A DNA stretch of 41,332 nt. Origin: Candidatus Hydrogenedentota bacterium. Its GTDB lineage: Bacteria > Hydrogenedentota > Hydrogenedentia > Hydrogenedentales > SLHB01. Made by a program: the position numbers and the translations under genes. A model generated the notes under the pieces. It searched no databases and was not told the origin of the DNA. It worked only from the letters and a program-made list of their open reading frames with translations. The DNA is taken from the NCBI GenBank assembly GCA_045863335.1, contig BTVY01000016.1:251-41582 (forward strand), read 5' to 3'. Shown piece by piece: positions 1 through 10,593 of the stretch. Position 1 is the first letter of the stretch; each line of letters begins with the position of its first letter.

Positions 1-121
1 TTTTCTTTTCTCGCGTGTTGTGGGGCGCTGCCGCCCCCCCGCCCGCGCCGCCCCCCCCCCCCCCCCCCCCCCACAACTCGGCAGTCTTTCGGGCCGCGCC
101 GATTGGGACCACGCCAATTAA

Positions 122-1300
<1,179 letters not shown>

Positions 1301-1339
1301 GCCGTATTTTGCCCAAATTTCTGCGAAGGAGCGTCTGTT

Positions 1340-1711
1340 GTGATCGAACGAAGTATCGCCCTGTTGTATCAAGGGATGGTTCTTGCCCAGACCGAGGGCG
1401 GCGGAGGCGCGGCCGAGGCGCCGCGAGGCCCGGGCTCGGAACTGTGGTTATTCTTCATCGCCTTTATGGCCATCATGTATTTCCTCATGATCCGGCCCAA
1501 TCAGAAGCGGGAGAAGGAACGGCGGGAGATGCTCGCCGCCCTGGCCAAGGGGGACAAGGTCATCACCACCGGAGGCATCTGCGGGACCATCGTCGGGCTG
1601 AACGAAAAGTCGGTGGTCATTCGTGTGAGCGATGAGCCGCCGGTGAAGATCGAATTCCTGCGGGCCGCCGTCACGCGCGTAGCGAAGGAAGAGAAAGAGG
1701 AAGAGAAATAA
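1340..1711 (+). CDS. yajC: Preprotein translocase subunit YajC
   Basis: Single TM then MYFLMIRPNQKR and L..GDKVITTGGI.G motifs; AAGGAG RBS before GTG 1340; lies between tgt and secDF. Confidence 0.95.
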   Translation: MIERSIALLYQGMVLAQTEGGGGAAEAPRGPGSELWLFFIAFMAIMYFLMIRPNQKREKERREMLAALAKGDKVITTGGICGTIVGLNEKSVVIRVSDEPPVKIEFLRAAVTRVAKEEKEEEK

Positions 1712-1788
1712 CCGGGCCTGCGCGGCTGAAACGCGCGCCCGCGAGAATGTGACGCTGCCCGACGGCAGCCCATGCACTGGAGTCACCC

Positions 1789-4458
1789 ATGAAAAAGCAC
1801 CTCGGACGAACCCTCATCATCTGCGCGACCCTGATCGTGGCCGCGATCTATGTCTACCCGACCCTCGGGTGGATGACGCTTTCGGAGGATCAGCGGCAGG
1901 CGCGGCTGGAGCAGTGGAGGCAGGAAGACAGCCGTGTCGAGCGGCTTTCCTTCTGGGACCAGACCGTCCGCGACGTGAAGCGCTGGGCCAGTTTTGACCG
2001 GGACATGGTGATCAACCTCGGGTTGGACCTCCAGGGCGGCGTTCAGATGGTTGTGGGTATCGACTACGACAAGCTGGATCCCGAAGTACGGCAGCGGCGT
2101 ATCGACCAGGGTTGGACCGATGCGGACATTCTGGAAGAGATGCAACAGCAGGTGCTGCGCACCATTGAACGGCGTTCCAGCGAGTTTGGCGCGAAAGAAC
2201 CCATCATTCAGACCATGGGCGACCGCCAGATCCAGGTGCAACTTCCTGGCGAAAAGGATGTGAACCGCGCCAAGGAGCTGATTCTCAGGACCGCGTATCT
2301 GACCTTTCACATCGTTGCCGGTCCGGACCAGACCGCCAACGTGTTCCGGGACATCGACGAACATTTTGAAGGTGATTTGCTGCAACGGCTTCAGCGTCCC
2401 GCGCCGGGATCCGAAGGTGTTTTGCAGGTCCCGCAGGACCAGATCGCGTATGTGCGGGACTTGGTGAATAGGGCGCAGGGGGTCGAGGGACTTATTCCGG
2501 AAGAGGTGATGATTGCGTTCAGCGGCGATCCCAAGCCTTGGGAACCGCCGGTCTACTACATCTACCTCTTGCAGAAAGAAACGATGATGACCGGTGACGG
2601 TCTCACGCAGGCCGTGGCGCGGCCGGACGACCGTTCCGGCGGGAGCAACTGGCAGATTCTCTTCGGACTCGATACGACCAGTGGCCGCGTATTTGGCGAA
2701 CGGACGGAAGCGAATATTGGGAACCCCATGGCCATCGTGGTGGACGGGGTCGTTGAATCGGCGCCGGTCATCCAGAGCCAGATTACGACGAGCGGTAGCA
2801 TCACGGGCCGGTTCTCGCGCGAAGAAGCGCAGGACTTGGCCATCGCCCTGAACTCGGGCTCCCTGCCCGTACCCATCGTCGAAGAACAGACCGGCGTGAT
2901 CGGTGCGCGTCTCGGTGAAGAATCCATCCGGAAAGGCGTGTGGTCCGCCCTGATTGGGCTCATCGTCGTGATGGTTTTCATGTTGATCTACTACCGGGTG
3001 GCCGGCGTAATCGCGAACATCGGCCTCGCGGTGAATGCCCTGCTGATCGTCGGCGCTCTGGCCTACTTCGGCGCCACTTTGACCTTGCCCGGTATTGCCG
3101 GTTTGATCCTGACCATTGGTATGGCCGTGGACGCCAACGTTCTCATTTTCGAGCGCATTCGCGAGGAGTTGCGGAACGGCAAGTCCTTGATGGCTTCCAT
3201 CGACGGCGGATTCGCAAATGCGACATCGGCGATCATGGACTCGAACGTGACGACCCTCATCGCGGCGGGCGTACTCTTGCAGTTCGGCTCCGGCCCCATA
3301 GAAGGATTTGCGGTGACGCTCGGAATCGGCGTATGCGCCAGCGTGTTCACCGCCCTCGTGGTGACGCGCGCCATCTTCGATTTCCTCGGCGAACGCCGGA
3401 TGGTCAAGAATCTGACCATGCTCAGCGTCGTGAGGTCCGACATGGGGATTCCCTTCCTCAACTACCGTCGCGCCGGCGTAATCATCAGCATCGTCGGTAT
3501 CGCCATCGGTCTTGGGCTGTTCGGCGTCCGCGGCGACAAGAACTTTGGCGTTGACTTCACGACGGGTACGAACCTCGTTTTGAGTCTACAGACTGATAAC
3601 GACATTTCGGTCGCGGATGTGCGCGGGCCCCTGGAGTCGGCGAATTTCATCGATCCGACCGTTACCGCCTACGAGGAAGAGGACGTGGACCAGCCGAATC
3701 GTTTTATGGTCCACCTCGGCGATACGGGTTCGAACGTTGAGGGAGGCGCTGCCGAAAGCACCATTGGCGGCCGTGTCCAGGAAACGCTCGCGCCGCTGGT
3801 CGGCGGGGAAGCCGAGCGCGTCAATATCGAGAAGGAAGACATGGTCGGTCCCACGGTGGGCCAACAGCTCAAGTGGGATGCCCTGAAGGCTGTTGTCTAT
3901 TCCATCTTCTTTATCATTGCGTATCTCTGGTTCCGGTTTGAGTTGCGGTTCTCGCTGGGCGCTGTGGTCGCCTTGGCGCACGACGTGGCCATCACGCTGG
4001 GTCTGTTCGCGCTGACCGGGCGCGAGATTTCGCTGGCGGTCGTCGCGGCGGTGCTCACGATTATTGGTTATTCGCTGAACGATACAATCATCGTATTTGA
4101 CCGGGTTCGCGAGGATATGAAGCTCTTGCGCGGGCGGGGCCTGAGCCTGCTCGAGATCATGAATCGGAGCATCAATGAGACATTGAGCCGAACGTTGTTG
4201 ACGAGTGGTACGACCATGTTCGTGGTTGTCGTGCTCTACTTCTTCGGAGGCGAAACGATCAACGACTTCGCCTTTGCACTCATCGTCGGTATCGTCGTGG
4301 GTACGTACTCGTCCATCTTCATCGCGGCACCGGTGGTGTACTTCTGGAGCCGGTTCCGGCCCGCGAAGGCCAGCGTAAAGGCAGATGACAATGCACCGAC
4401 TTCGCGCAGACGGAAGAAGCGCGCCAAGGGCGAAGACTCGATCGAGAACCCCGCGTAA
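1789..4458 (+). CDS. secDF: Fused protein translocase subunit SecDF
   Basis: SecD motifs LGLDLQGG and MAVDANVLIFERIREE and SecF motifs GVDFTTG and GYSLNDTIIVFDRVRE in one 889-aa ORF. Confidence 0.96.
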   Translation: MKKHLGRTLIICATLIVAAIYVYPTLGWMTLSEDQRQARLEQWRQEDSRVERLSFWDQTVRDVKRWASFDRDMVINLGLDLQGGVQMVVGIDYDKLDPEVRQRRIDQGWTDADILEEMQQQVLRTIERRSSEFGAKEPIIQTMGDRQIQVQLPGEKDVNRAKELILRTAYLTFHIVAGPDQTANVFRDIDEHFEGDLLQRLQRPAPGSEGVLQVPQDQIAYVRDLVNRAQGVEGLIPEEVMIAFSGDPKPWEPPVYYIYLLQKETMMTGDGLTQAVARPDDRSGGSNWQILFGLDTTSGRVFGERTEANIGNPMAIVVDGVVESAPVIQSQITTSGSITGRFSREEAQDLAIALNSGSLPVPIVEEQTGVIGARLGEESIRKGVWSALIGLIVVMVFMLIYYRVAGVIANIGLAVNALLIVGALAYFGATLTLPGIAGLILTIGMAVDANVLIFERIREELRNGKSLMASIDGGFANATSAIMDSNVTTLIAAGVLLQFGSGPIEGFAVTLGIGVCASVFTALVVTRAIFDFLGERRMVKNLTMLSVVRSDMGIPFLNYRRAGVIISIVGIAIGLGLFGVRGDKNFGVDFTTGTNLVLSLQTDNDISVADVRGPLESANFIDPTVTAYEEEDVDQPNRFMVHLGDTGSNVEGGAAESTIGGRVQETLAPLVGGEAERVNIEKEDMVGPTVGQQLKWDALKAVVYSIFFIIAYLWFRFELRFSLGAVVALAHDVAITLGLFALTGREISLAVVAAVLTIIGYSLNDTIIVFDRVREDMKLLRGRGLSLLEIMNRSINETLSRTLLTSGTTMFVVVVLYFFGGETINDFAFALIVGIVVGTYSSIFIAAPVVYFWSRFRPAKASVKADDNAPTSRRRKKRAKGEDSIENPA

Positions 4459-4482
4459 CGAAATACGCTGAGAGAACCACAC

Positions 4483-4518
4483 AGGCGCCGAACCCGGACC
4501 CCGGGTCGGCGCCTTTTT
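4483..4518 (+). terminator. Rho-independent terminator after secDF
   Basis: Hairpin AGGCGCCGAACCCGG-ACC-CCGGGTCGGCGCCT followed by a T run. Confidence 0.85.
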
Positions 4519-4539
4519 GATCGTCCGATTGCCACGCAG

Positions 4540-4564
4540 AAAAATGGTGCCTGTCCCGTTTTTT
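4540..4564. repeat. REP-like short element (AAAATGGT-n-GTCCC-n-TTTT family)
   Basis: AAAAATGGTGCCTGTCCCGTTTTTT resembles the arms at 17804-17878 and the motif at 26441-26460. Confidence 0.45.
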
Positions 4565-4591
4565 CTACCTACTTTCCTTGCATTCTCTTCT

Positions 4592-5962
4592 TTACTCCCG
4601 GCGCACGCCGCTGGGGCCCCGTTCGGGATCGCGTACGGGATACTCGAGCCGCCAGACCTTGGGCAGTTGTTCCTCGTATTCGCGCGCGTACGCGGTCAGC
4701 CGTTCCACGACCTCGGGGCGCTCCTCTTGCATGGGGATGCTTTCCTGCGGGTCTGCCTCGATGTCGTAGAGTTCCGGTTCCTTCAGTAGCGCGTCGCTGT
4801 GGGCAAGATGGAGTTTCCAAGGTCCCTCGCGGAGCGTGTTGACGCGTTCGAGGTAGACCCACACGAGCGGTTCGACGCGTGCGATCGGGCCGGACTGCGT
4901 CAGAACGGGCCAGATATCCACACCGTCGTACACGCGGTCTTCCGGAAGTTCCCCGCCCGCGACATGGACCAACGTGGGAAACACATCGAGGGCCGTGCAG
5001 GGTGTATCGATCTCCGCGCTTGCAGTAATCTTGCCGGGATACCGCGCAATGAAGGGCACGCGGAGCCCTCCTTCGTAATGCTCGCGAATGCGGCCGCGCA
5101 GGCCGCCCGTGTCGCCGTCGCGCAGCATGGGTCCGTTGTCGCTGCTGAAGATGACGAGCGTGTTCTCGGCGAGACCCGCGTCCTCCAGCGCGGTCAGCAT
5201 GCGTCCGACTTCGGCGTCCATATACTCCAAGGCGTCCTGGTAGGCCGAGCGCCCTTCATGACGCCGGTCCGGCGGGAGGTTGATGGGAGGATGGGGCAGC
5301 GTGTGGTTGAAGTAGATGAAGAACGGCCGGTCCCGCGGCTCCCGTATCCAGGCGATAGCGTCGTCGGTGAGACGCGTCGTCACATTCTGCACTTTGTCGC
5401 CGTCGAGCCGGTCGATGACCTCGTTGTCCCGTATCAACAAGGTCGGAAGCATGTCCATGCTGTAGGGCAGGCCCAGGTAATGGTCGAATCCCCGCTGGCG
5501 CGGAAGGAACTCTTTGCGATCGCCCAAATGCCATTTGCCGAAGGCGGCGGTGGCGTACCCGGCAGAGCCGAGCGCGTCGCCCAAGGTGATCTCGTCGGCG
5601 GGCAGACCGCTTGGGCTGTCGGGCCGCAACACATCGACGACGCCGCAGCGCCAGGGTTGCCGGCCAGTTAAAAGCGCGGCGCGCGAAGGGCTGCACACGC
5701 TGTGCGCCACATAGTACTGCGTCAAGCGGGCGCCTTCTCGTGCGAGCGCGTCGATATTCGGCGTATTGATCGTGGTGTTGCCGTAGCACCCGAGATCCCC
5801 GTAGGCCAGATTGTCGGACCAAATCCAGAGGATGTTCGGACGGGCCGGCGGTTGCGCGGCTCCGGAATGTCCGAAGGCCACGGCGGCCATGCCTGCGGCA
5901 CTTGTACCGAGGAACTGTCGCCGGTTCCAGCGTTCGCATGGTCGGGAAGAAGATAATGACAT
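4592..5962 (-). CDS. Arylsulfatase-family sulfatase (Cys-type FGly) with Tat signal peptide
   Basis: CSPSRAALLTG signature, PNIL..DNL.YGD, GKWHLG and SSDNG; twin-arginine NRRQFL; start moved to ATG 5962 (GGGAG RBS). Confidence 0.92.
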   Translation of the reverse strand: MSLSSSRPCERWNRRQFLGTSAAGMAAVAFGHSGAAQPPARPNILWIWSDNLAYGDLGCYGNTTINTPNIDALAREGARLTQYYVAHSVCSPSRAALLTGRQPWRCGVVDVLRPDSPSGLPADEITLGDALGSAGYATAAFGKWHLGDRKEFLPRQRGFDHYLGLPYSMDMLPTLLIRDNEVIDRLDGDKVQNVTTRLTDDAIAWIREPRDRPFFIYFNHTLPHPPINLPPDRRHEGRSAYQDALEYMDAEVGRMLTALEDAGLAENTLVIFSSDNGPMLRDGDTGGLRGRIREHYEGGLRVPFIARYPGKITASAEIDTPCTALDVFPTLVHVAGGELPEDRVYDGVDIWPVLTQSGPIARVEPLVWVYLERVNTLREGPWKLHLAHSDALLKEPELYDIEADPQESIPMQEERPEVVERLTAYAREYEEQLPKVWRLEYPVRDPERGPSGVRRE

Positions 5963-6038
5963 CGCGCTCTCCCGGAAATTCTCAACCGAATTGGAGGAAG
6001 ACGGGTTTCGTCCACGTTCGATATTGAGCGAACGCGCG

Positions 6039-6686
6039 CTAGATTTCCAATTGGGAGGGGGCCGATGGCTGGCGCGGGATAGAAAGGGCGCGGCGCAATG
6101 TATCAATCTGGCCGCGGAGCCAGGCTACATCGGCGTTTACGGGATCGATCTGAGCGACGATATCGTATTGCTCTTCGCATCTTTCCAATGTCAGTTCAAC
6201 GGCTCTGCGCCGGTCGAGGCCGGGGAGGCTCGATCGGTCTTCCACGATGGTGATGACCAATCCCAAGTAGATTTTCGCAAGATTGATGTGACTGATGAGT
6301 TCGAAGTACGTGTCGTTGAACCGGGGAATGGGGCTGACTTTGCCTTGCCGCTCGAAGAGGGCAATCGCCGTTTGGAGTTCTCCTTGCGCGATCCCCAGCC
6401 AGCGATTGTCGTCGGATGCAAGATAGCAGGTGCCGAGATAGAAATGAGCGCCCGCGTGATTGGGATTGTCCACGAGAAAGCGCTTAAACGTCCCAATCGC
6501 TTCGTCGTAACGCTGATCGAGATAGAGCGTTTCGCCCGTGGCAAACAGGTCTTCCGCCGGCGGGCGGCTGCACGCGGACGTTAACAGGGCGGCAAGCGCC
6601 ACTGCCACGGACAGCGCGATGATCCATAATCGATGCCGTCGCCCCTGGATTCTCACGGTGTCCTCGCTATTGATTCGCGGTTCCAT
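6039..6686 (-). CDS. TPR-containing putative lipoprotein
   Basis: Hydrophobic signal ending LTSAC, then TPR-like YDEAIGTFKRFLVDNPNHAGAHFYLGTCY; ATG 6686 overlaps the upstream gene end. Confidence 0.75.
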   Translation of the reverse strand: MEPRINSEDTVRIQGRRHRLWIIALSVAVALAALLTSACSRPPAEDLFATGETLYLDQRYDEAIGTFKRFLVDNPNHAGAHFYLGTCYLASDDNRWLGIAQGELQTAIALFERQGKVSPIPRFNDTYFELISHINLAKIYLGLVITIVEDRSSLPGLDRRRAVELTLERCEEQYDIVAQIDPVNADVAWLRGQIDTLRRALSIPRQPSAPSQLEI

Positions 6687-8067
6687 TCCCCCAGCGAGGC
6701 TGGATTCGGAAGAACCCGGTGCGCGCGCCGACGCGGCAGAACACCGCGATTTCATCCGGCTTCTCCGTCTTGAGCTTCTCCACCGCGGCCTTGTAGTCAT
6801 CCAGGTTCGTGACGGGATGGCCGCCGAAGTTGAGGATGATCGTGCCGGGGATAATTTCGGCGAGTGAGGCCCAACTGCCGGACTTTACACGCCGCACGAT
6901 GACGCCCTGCACATCTTCCGAAAGGTTCAGCAGGATTCGAACGTCGGTGGTGATCTCGCGCACGGTCAGGCCAAACAGTTCATCCTCAAACTCACCGGCG
7001 TCGCGGGCAGACTTCGGGCGTTCGGCCAGGGTCACCGACAATTCGACAGGCTCGCCGTCGCGCAAGACTGTTACGGGAACCGTCTTGCCCGCGCCCACGT
7101 CGCGCACCAGTTTTGTAAAGCCCAACACTTCCCGGTCTTGTTTGGCCTTTACAGGCACGCCGTCGAAGCGAGTGATTACGTCGCCCATTTGCAGGCCGGC
7201 CGCCGCAGCCGGCGACCCGGCGATGATGGTGCCGATGACGACACCGCCGTCCGGGGCCAGGCCCCAGTATTCCGCGAGGTCGTCGGTCAGCGGTTGCGTA
7301 AAGACGCCCAGGAATGCACCGTCGCCTTCGGGTTTGTCAGCGTCTTCGCTGGGAGGGTTCTCGATGAATTCTTGATACAAGGCGGTTTGATAGACGAGCG
7401 GATGCCCGCTGCGCACGTAGAGTTCTCCGCCTTCCGTTGAAGAGAGGTCGAAGCCGACCACACCGACGACGTCGCCTCGGGAATCGATTACGGGCGAACC
7501 GACAAAGCCAAAAAGGAGCCGTTCATCGATGCAGTAGGTCGTGCGCGGTTTTTCGATGATGGACCCTACGCGGCGGACGAGCACCGACCGGCTGAAATCG
7601 AGCGAGTCGCCGAGCAGCCCGATCAGCATGAGGGGGTCGCCGAGGCCCAGCGGCCGATCGGCAAACTGCACGTACGGAAACGAGATGTCCTCTTCCGTTT
7701 CAATCTGTACGAAGCAGACGTTTACGTCTTCCGGTTTACGCAAGAGGCGCGCATCGTATTCTTTTTCGTTATCGCCCTCACCCACCGCGACGCGTATGGC
7801 GAAGGGCTCGGAATCGTCCACTTGCATGTGGCCGTGAGCCATGACGAGACCGTCTTTGGACACGAGCAACCCGAGGGCGCGCGTGTTGCGCCGGCTGGTG
7901 CGGCCCGTGTTGGGGTTGGTGATTTCGGAGGCGTACTTCACCACGCACACGGCCGGAGCGACTCTTTCGTACGCGGACTGGACGAAGGATGCCGGCATCT
8001 CCTGGGCAAGCGCCCCGGTATGCGCCACGAATCCGGCGAGCACTATTGACATGAGCCGACCGATCAT
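6667..8067 (-). CDS. HtrA/DegP-like protein with two PDZ domains, predicted catalytically inactive
   Basis: Signal peptide; trypsin-like domain where DLAV reads NVCF and GNSGGP reads GFVGSP; PDZ motifs AFLGV...GSPAAAAGLQMGDVI and LFGLTVRE. Confidence 0.8.
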   Translation of the reverse strand: MIGRLMSIVLAGFVAHTGALAQEMPASFVQSAYERVAPAVCVVKYASEITNPNTGRTSRRNTRALGLLVSKDGLVMAHGHMQVDDSEPFAIRVAVGEGDNEKEYDARLLRKPEDVNVCFVQIETEEDISFPYVQFADRPLGLGDPLMLIGLLGDSLDFSRSVLVRRVGSIIEKPRTTYCIDERLLFGFVGSPVIDSRGDVVGVVGFDLSSTEGGELYVRSGHPLVYQTALYQEFIENPPSEDADKPEGDGAFLGVFTQPLTDDLAEYWGLAPDGGVVIGTIIAGSPAAAAGLQMGDVITRFDGVPVKAKQDREVLGFTKLVRDVGAGKTVPVTVLRDGEPVELSVTLAERPKSARDAGEFEDELFGLTVREITTDVRILLNLSEDVQGVIVRRVKSGSWASLAEIIPGTIILNFGGHPVTNLDDYKAAVEKLKTEKPDEIAVFCRVGARTGFFRIQPRWGNGTANQ

Positions 8068-9446
8068 TCCTCTAAGCCTCCTTCGATCCCTTCGCCTTCA
8101 ACGGGCAGCCCTGCGTCCGTTTCCTCGACTTCTTCCTGCTTGATCAGCACGAACCGGGTCAATGCGCCGCGCTTCACGTTGAGCAAGACTAGCCGCTGGC
8201 CCGATTCGACGCGCTGATTGTAGAGTTCTTTGAATTGGGTCAAGTTTTCGATGGGCGTGTCATCGAACGCGAGCACGATGTCGCCCTGATTTAACCCCGA
8301 CTCGGCGGCGATGCCGCCCACCTGGGTGCCGGAGATAAACACGCCCTCGCTGGAGGCGAGCTGCGCGCGACGAATAATCGCCGGGGTCAGTTCCGTCGCG
8401 GTGAATCCCCAGGACGCGAATTCCACTTCTTCGCCCTTGAGGTCACTGCGTTCCGCGGTCGTAACGGGTATTGAAATCTCTTCATTGCCGCGTGCGATGA
8501 CGGCGGTCACCGATTCCCCGATGGGAAGCTCGGCGATCAACTGCCGCACTTTGGGCAGATCCTCCACAAACCGCGCGTTCGTTTCCTTGCCGTCGACGGA
8601 CAACAGCACATCGCCGGGCTTGATGCCGGCGTCTGACCCGGGTGAGAGCGGGTCCACATCCGCGACCACGGCGCCTTGTTGGTCGGGGTCGTCGGTCCGG
8701 CTCGTCGTTTCCTGCAGCGTAAGCCCCAACCAGCCGCGCCGTACACGGCCATGCTGGATGATCTCGTCAATGACCATTCGCGCCGTGGAGGCAGGGATCG
8801 CGAAGCCCACATTGTCCGCGCCGCCCAGACGCCGCGCGTTTACGCCAACGACTTCGCCCTTGAGGTTTACCAGGGGTCCGCCGCTGTTGCCGGGGTTAAT
8901 GGCCGCGTCGGTTTGAATCCAGGTGTTGTACGGCGACACCATTTCCTCCTGGTCGCTCAAATACCGATCCGTGACGCTGATGATCCCCATGGATACGGAA
9001 CGGGAGAGGCCGTGGGGGCTGCCGAGGGCCAGCACAATTTGTCCCGGCTCGACGCGCGGCGAACGGGTGAAATCCACCGTCGGCAGGTTCTTGCGGTCCA
9101 TGACCAGCTTGAGTACGGCGAGATCCGTGTACCGGTCGGTGCCGACCACTTCGGCGTCGACTTCCTCTTTGTTCCAAAGGACGCAACGTACCAGTGTGCT
9201 TTCGCCCGCCACGTGCTCGTTGGTCACGACGTAGCCGTCGGGCGAGACGATGAAACCGCTGCCCACGACGGAGACCTCTTCACGCCGGCCCCCCTGGAAT
9301 ACTTCTTTTACGGGCCGAATGTGAACGAGGGCTGGGGCGACCTTATCCTTGGCGCGGATTACGGCGCCTTGCATGCCGGTGCTCGTCGTGGCACAGCCCG
9401 CGAACAGGGTGAAGACGGTTACAGCAATGGCGAGGTTCTTGTTCAA
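8064..9446 (-). CDS. HtrA/DegP-family serine protease with two PDZ domains, lipoprotein
   Basis: Intact triad TNEHV, TDLAV and INPGNSGGP; two PDZ domains; TTG start 9446 after GAGGAG gives lipobox FAGC. Confidence 0.92.
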   Translation of the reverse strand: MNKNLAIAVTVFTLFAGCATTSTGMQGAVIRAKDKVAPALVHIRPVKEVFQGGRREEVSVVGSGFIVSPDGYVVTNEHVAGESTLVRCVLWNKEEVDAEVVGTDRYTDLAVLKLVMDRKNLPTVDFTRSPRVEPGQIVLALGSPHGLSRSVSMGIISVTDRYLSDQEEMVSPYNTWIQTDAAINPGNSGGPLVNLKGEVVGVNARRLGGADNVGFAIPASTARMVIDEIIQHGRVRRGWLGLTLQETTSRTDDPDQQGAVVADVDPLSPGSDAGIKPGDVLLSVDGKETNARFVEDLPKVRQLIAELPIGESVTAVIARGNEEISIPVTTAERSDLKGEEVEFASWGFTATELTPAIIRRAQLASSEGVFISGTQVGGIAAESGLNQGDIVLAFDDTPIENLTQFKELYNQRVESGQRLVLLNVKRGALTRFVLIKQEEVEETDAGLPVEGEGIEGGLEE

Positions 9447-9620
9447 CGCGTGTCTCCTCACGATCAACGTAGGTGCGCGGCAGAGGCCGCATCCCGTTTG
9501 GGCAACTCCATCGTAACGAGCAACCACTCCCTTCCTATTCCGGGAAATCGTGCAAACGGGGACGGGCAGGCGCAGGAGTGCATTCGCAGACCCGACCAAA
9601 CCCTGTCACGGGTTCGCAAA

Positions 9621-10490
9621 CTAGTCCACCTGAAACCCCTGGTTCTCAAACCACTCCCGAAGTTCGTCTTCCTGAGTACCAAGCGTTTCCCGGTCGTAAA
9701 TCGCCTCGATCTTCCGAATCTGCTCCACCAACTCCGGGCGTTCCTGGATGGTTTCGTCCAACTGTTTTTCAAAGGCTGCGCTCAGCCGTTCCAGCTCTCT
9801 GAGGTTCAGGTCCAGGGACAGCATGGTCCCGACCTTTTGGACTGCGGTCTTGATGCATTTCGTGTTCTTTCCGTCCACATAAGTGGGGATGCCCGCCACC
9901 AGGGTGGCGAGGCTCAGCCCGCGTTCCCGAACCCGTGTCGTCAGATAGGTGATGAAGCTGCCTGGGCCTTCGTAGTCCGAGGGAGTGACGCCGTGTTCCT
10001 CGAGCCAGGGAAGCATGCCGGCGTCGGATACCGAACCGAAAAAACGGGGTTCGCGCGTATGCGGAACGAGTCCGGCGACGCTTCCGACGAAATGGAGCGT
10101 GTTAACGCCACAGCTCGCGGCTAAATCCAGGATGCAGTCGGCGTAGGCGCCCCACGCCATGTTCGGCTCTTTTCCAGAAAACAGGATCAGGTTCCGATCT
10201 GGAACGCAGTAGAAGGCGTTGTCCGGCTCGGTGAACTCCTCGATCAGTCCGTCTGCGATCCGCACGTGCGGCCGGAACAGGGCTGTAACCTCCATGGAGC
10301 CGGGCATGTTGTAGATGTAGAACGGCGCGGGATCGATTTCCGCGATCCGGTCAGCGGCCAAGGCGTTTACGAGGTAGTCGATCGTGCCGGTGGACACGTC
10401 GCCGCCATCCATCCAACCGGTAAACCCCATGACGAGGCGGGCATTCTGGAGTTTGGGAAGGTCAAATGTCCGAAGGTACTGCGATCTCAT
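9621..10490 (-). CDS. PAC2 (proteasome assembly chaperone)-family protein
   Basis: GFTGW.DGG, GKEPN..W..Y, VPHTR and YEGP motifs and a C-terminal L..QIRKIE..YD helix, as in actinobacterial PAC2-family proteins; ATG 10490 with GAGG RBS. Confidence 0.82.
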   Translation of the reverse strand: MRSQYLRTFDLPKLQNARLVMGFTGWMDGGDVSTGTIDYLVNALAADRIAEIDPAPFYIYNMPGSMEVTALFRPHVRIADGLIEEFTEPDNAFYCVPDRNLILFSGKEPNMAWGAYADCILDLAASCGVNTLHFVGSVAGLVPHTREPRFFGSVSDAGMLPWLEEHGVTPSDYEGPGSFITYLTTRVRERGLSLATLVAGIPTYVDGKNTKCIKTAVQKVGTMLSLDLNLRELERLSAAFEKQLDETIQERPELVEQIRKIEAIYDRETLGTQEDELREWFENQGFQVD

Positions 10491-10593
10491 ATGCCTCAAG
10501 TTTCTGAGCGCCGAGTGGCGCCCCGCGATGCAGCCAATGAAGGTACTCTATCGACACCGGGGACGCGTTTCAAGAGGGTCCACGCGGCGATTT

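Noticed and set aside
1-80. C-rich tract with a 22-C homopolymer and the poly-Pro ORF 15..380
   Set aside because: Low-complexity sequence at the window start, probably a sequencing or assembly artefact; the ORF overlaps tgt out of frame.
1789-4458. SecD-SecF fusion as a novelty
   Set aside because: Fused SecDF is common in many bacterial phyla.
8676-10124. 482-aa antisense ORF across the HtrA and PAC2 genes
   Set aside because: Opposite two well-supported genes and has no recognisable domain.
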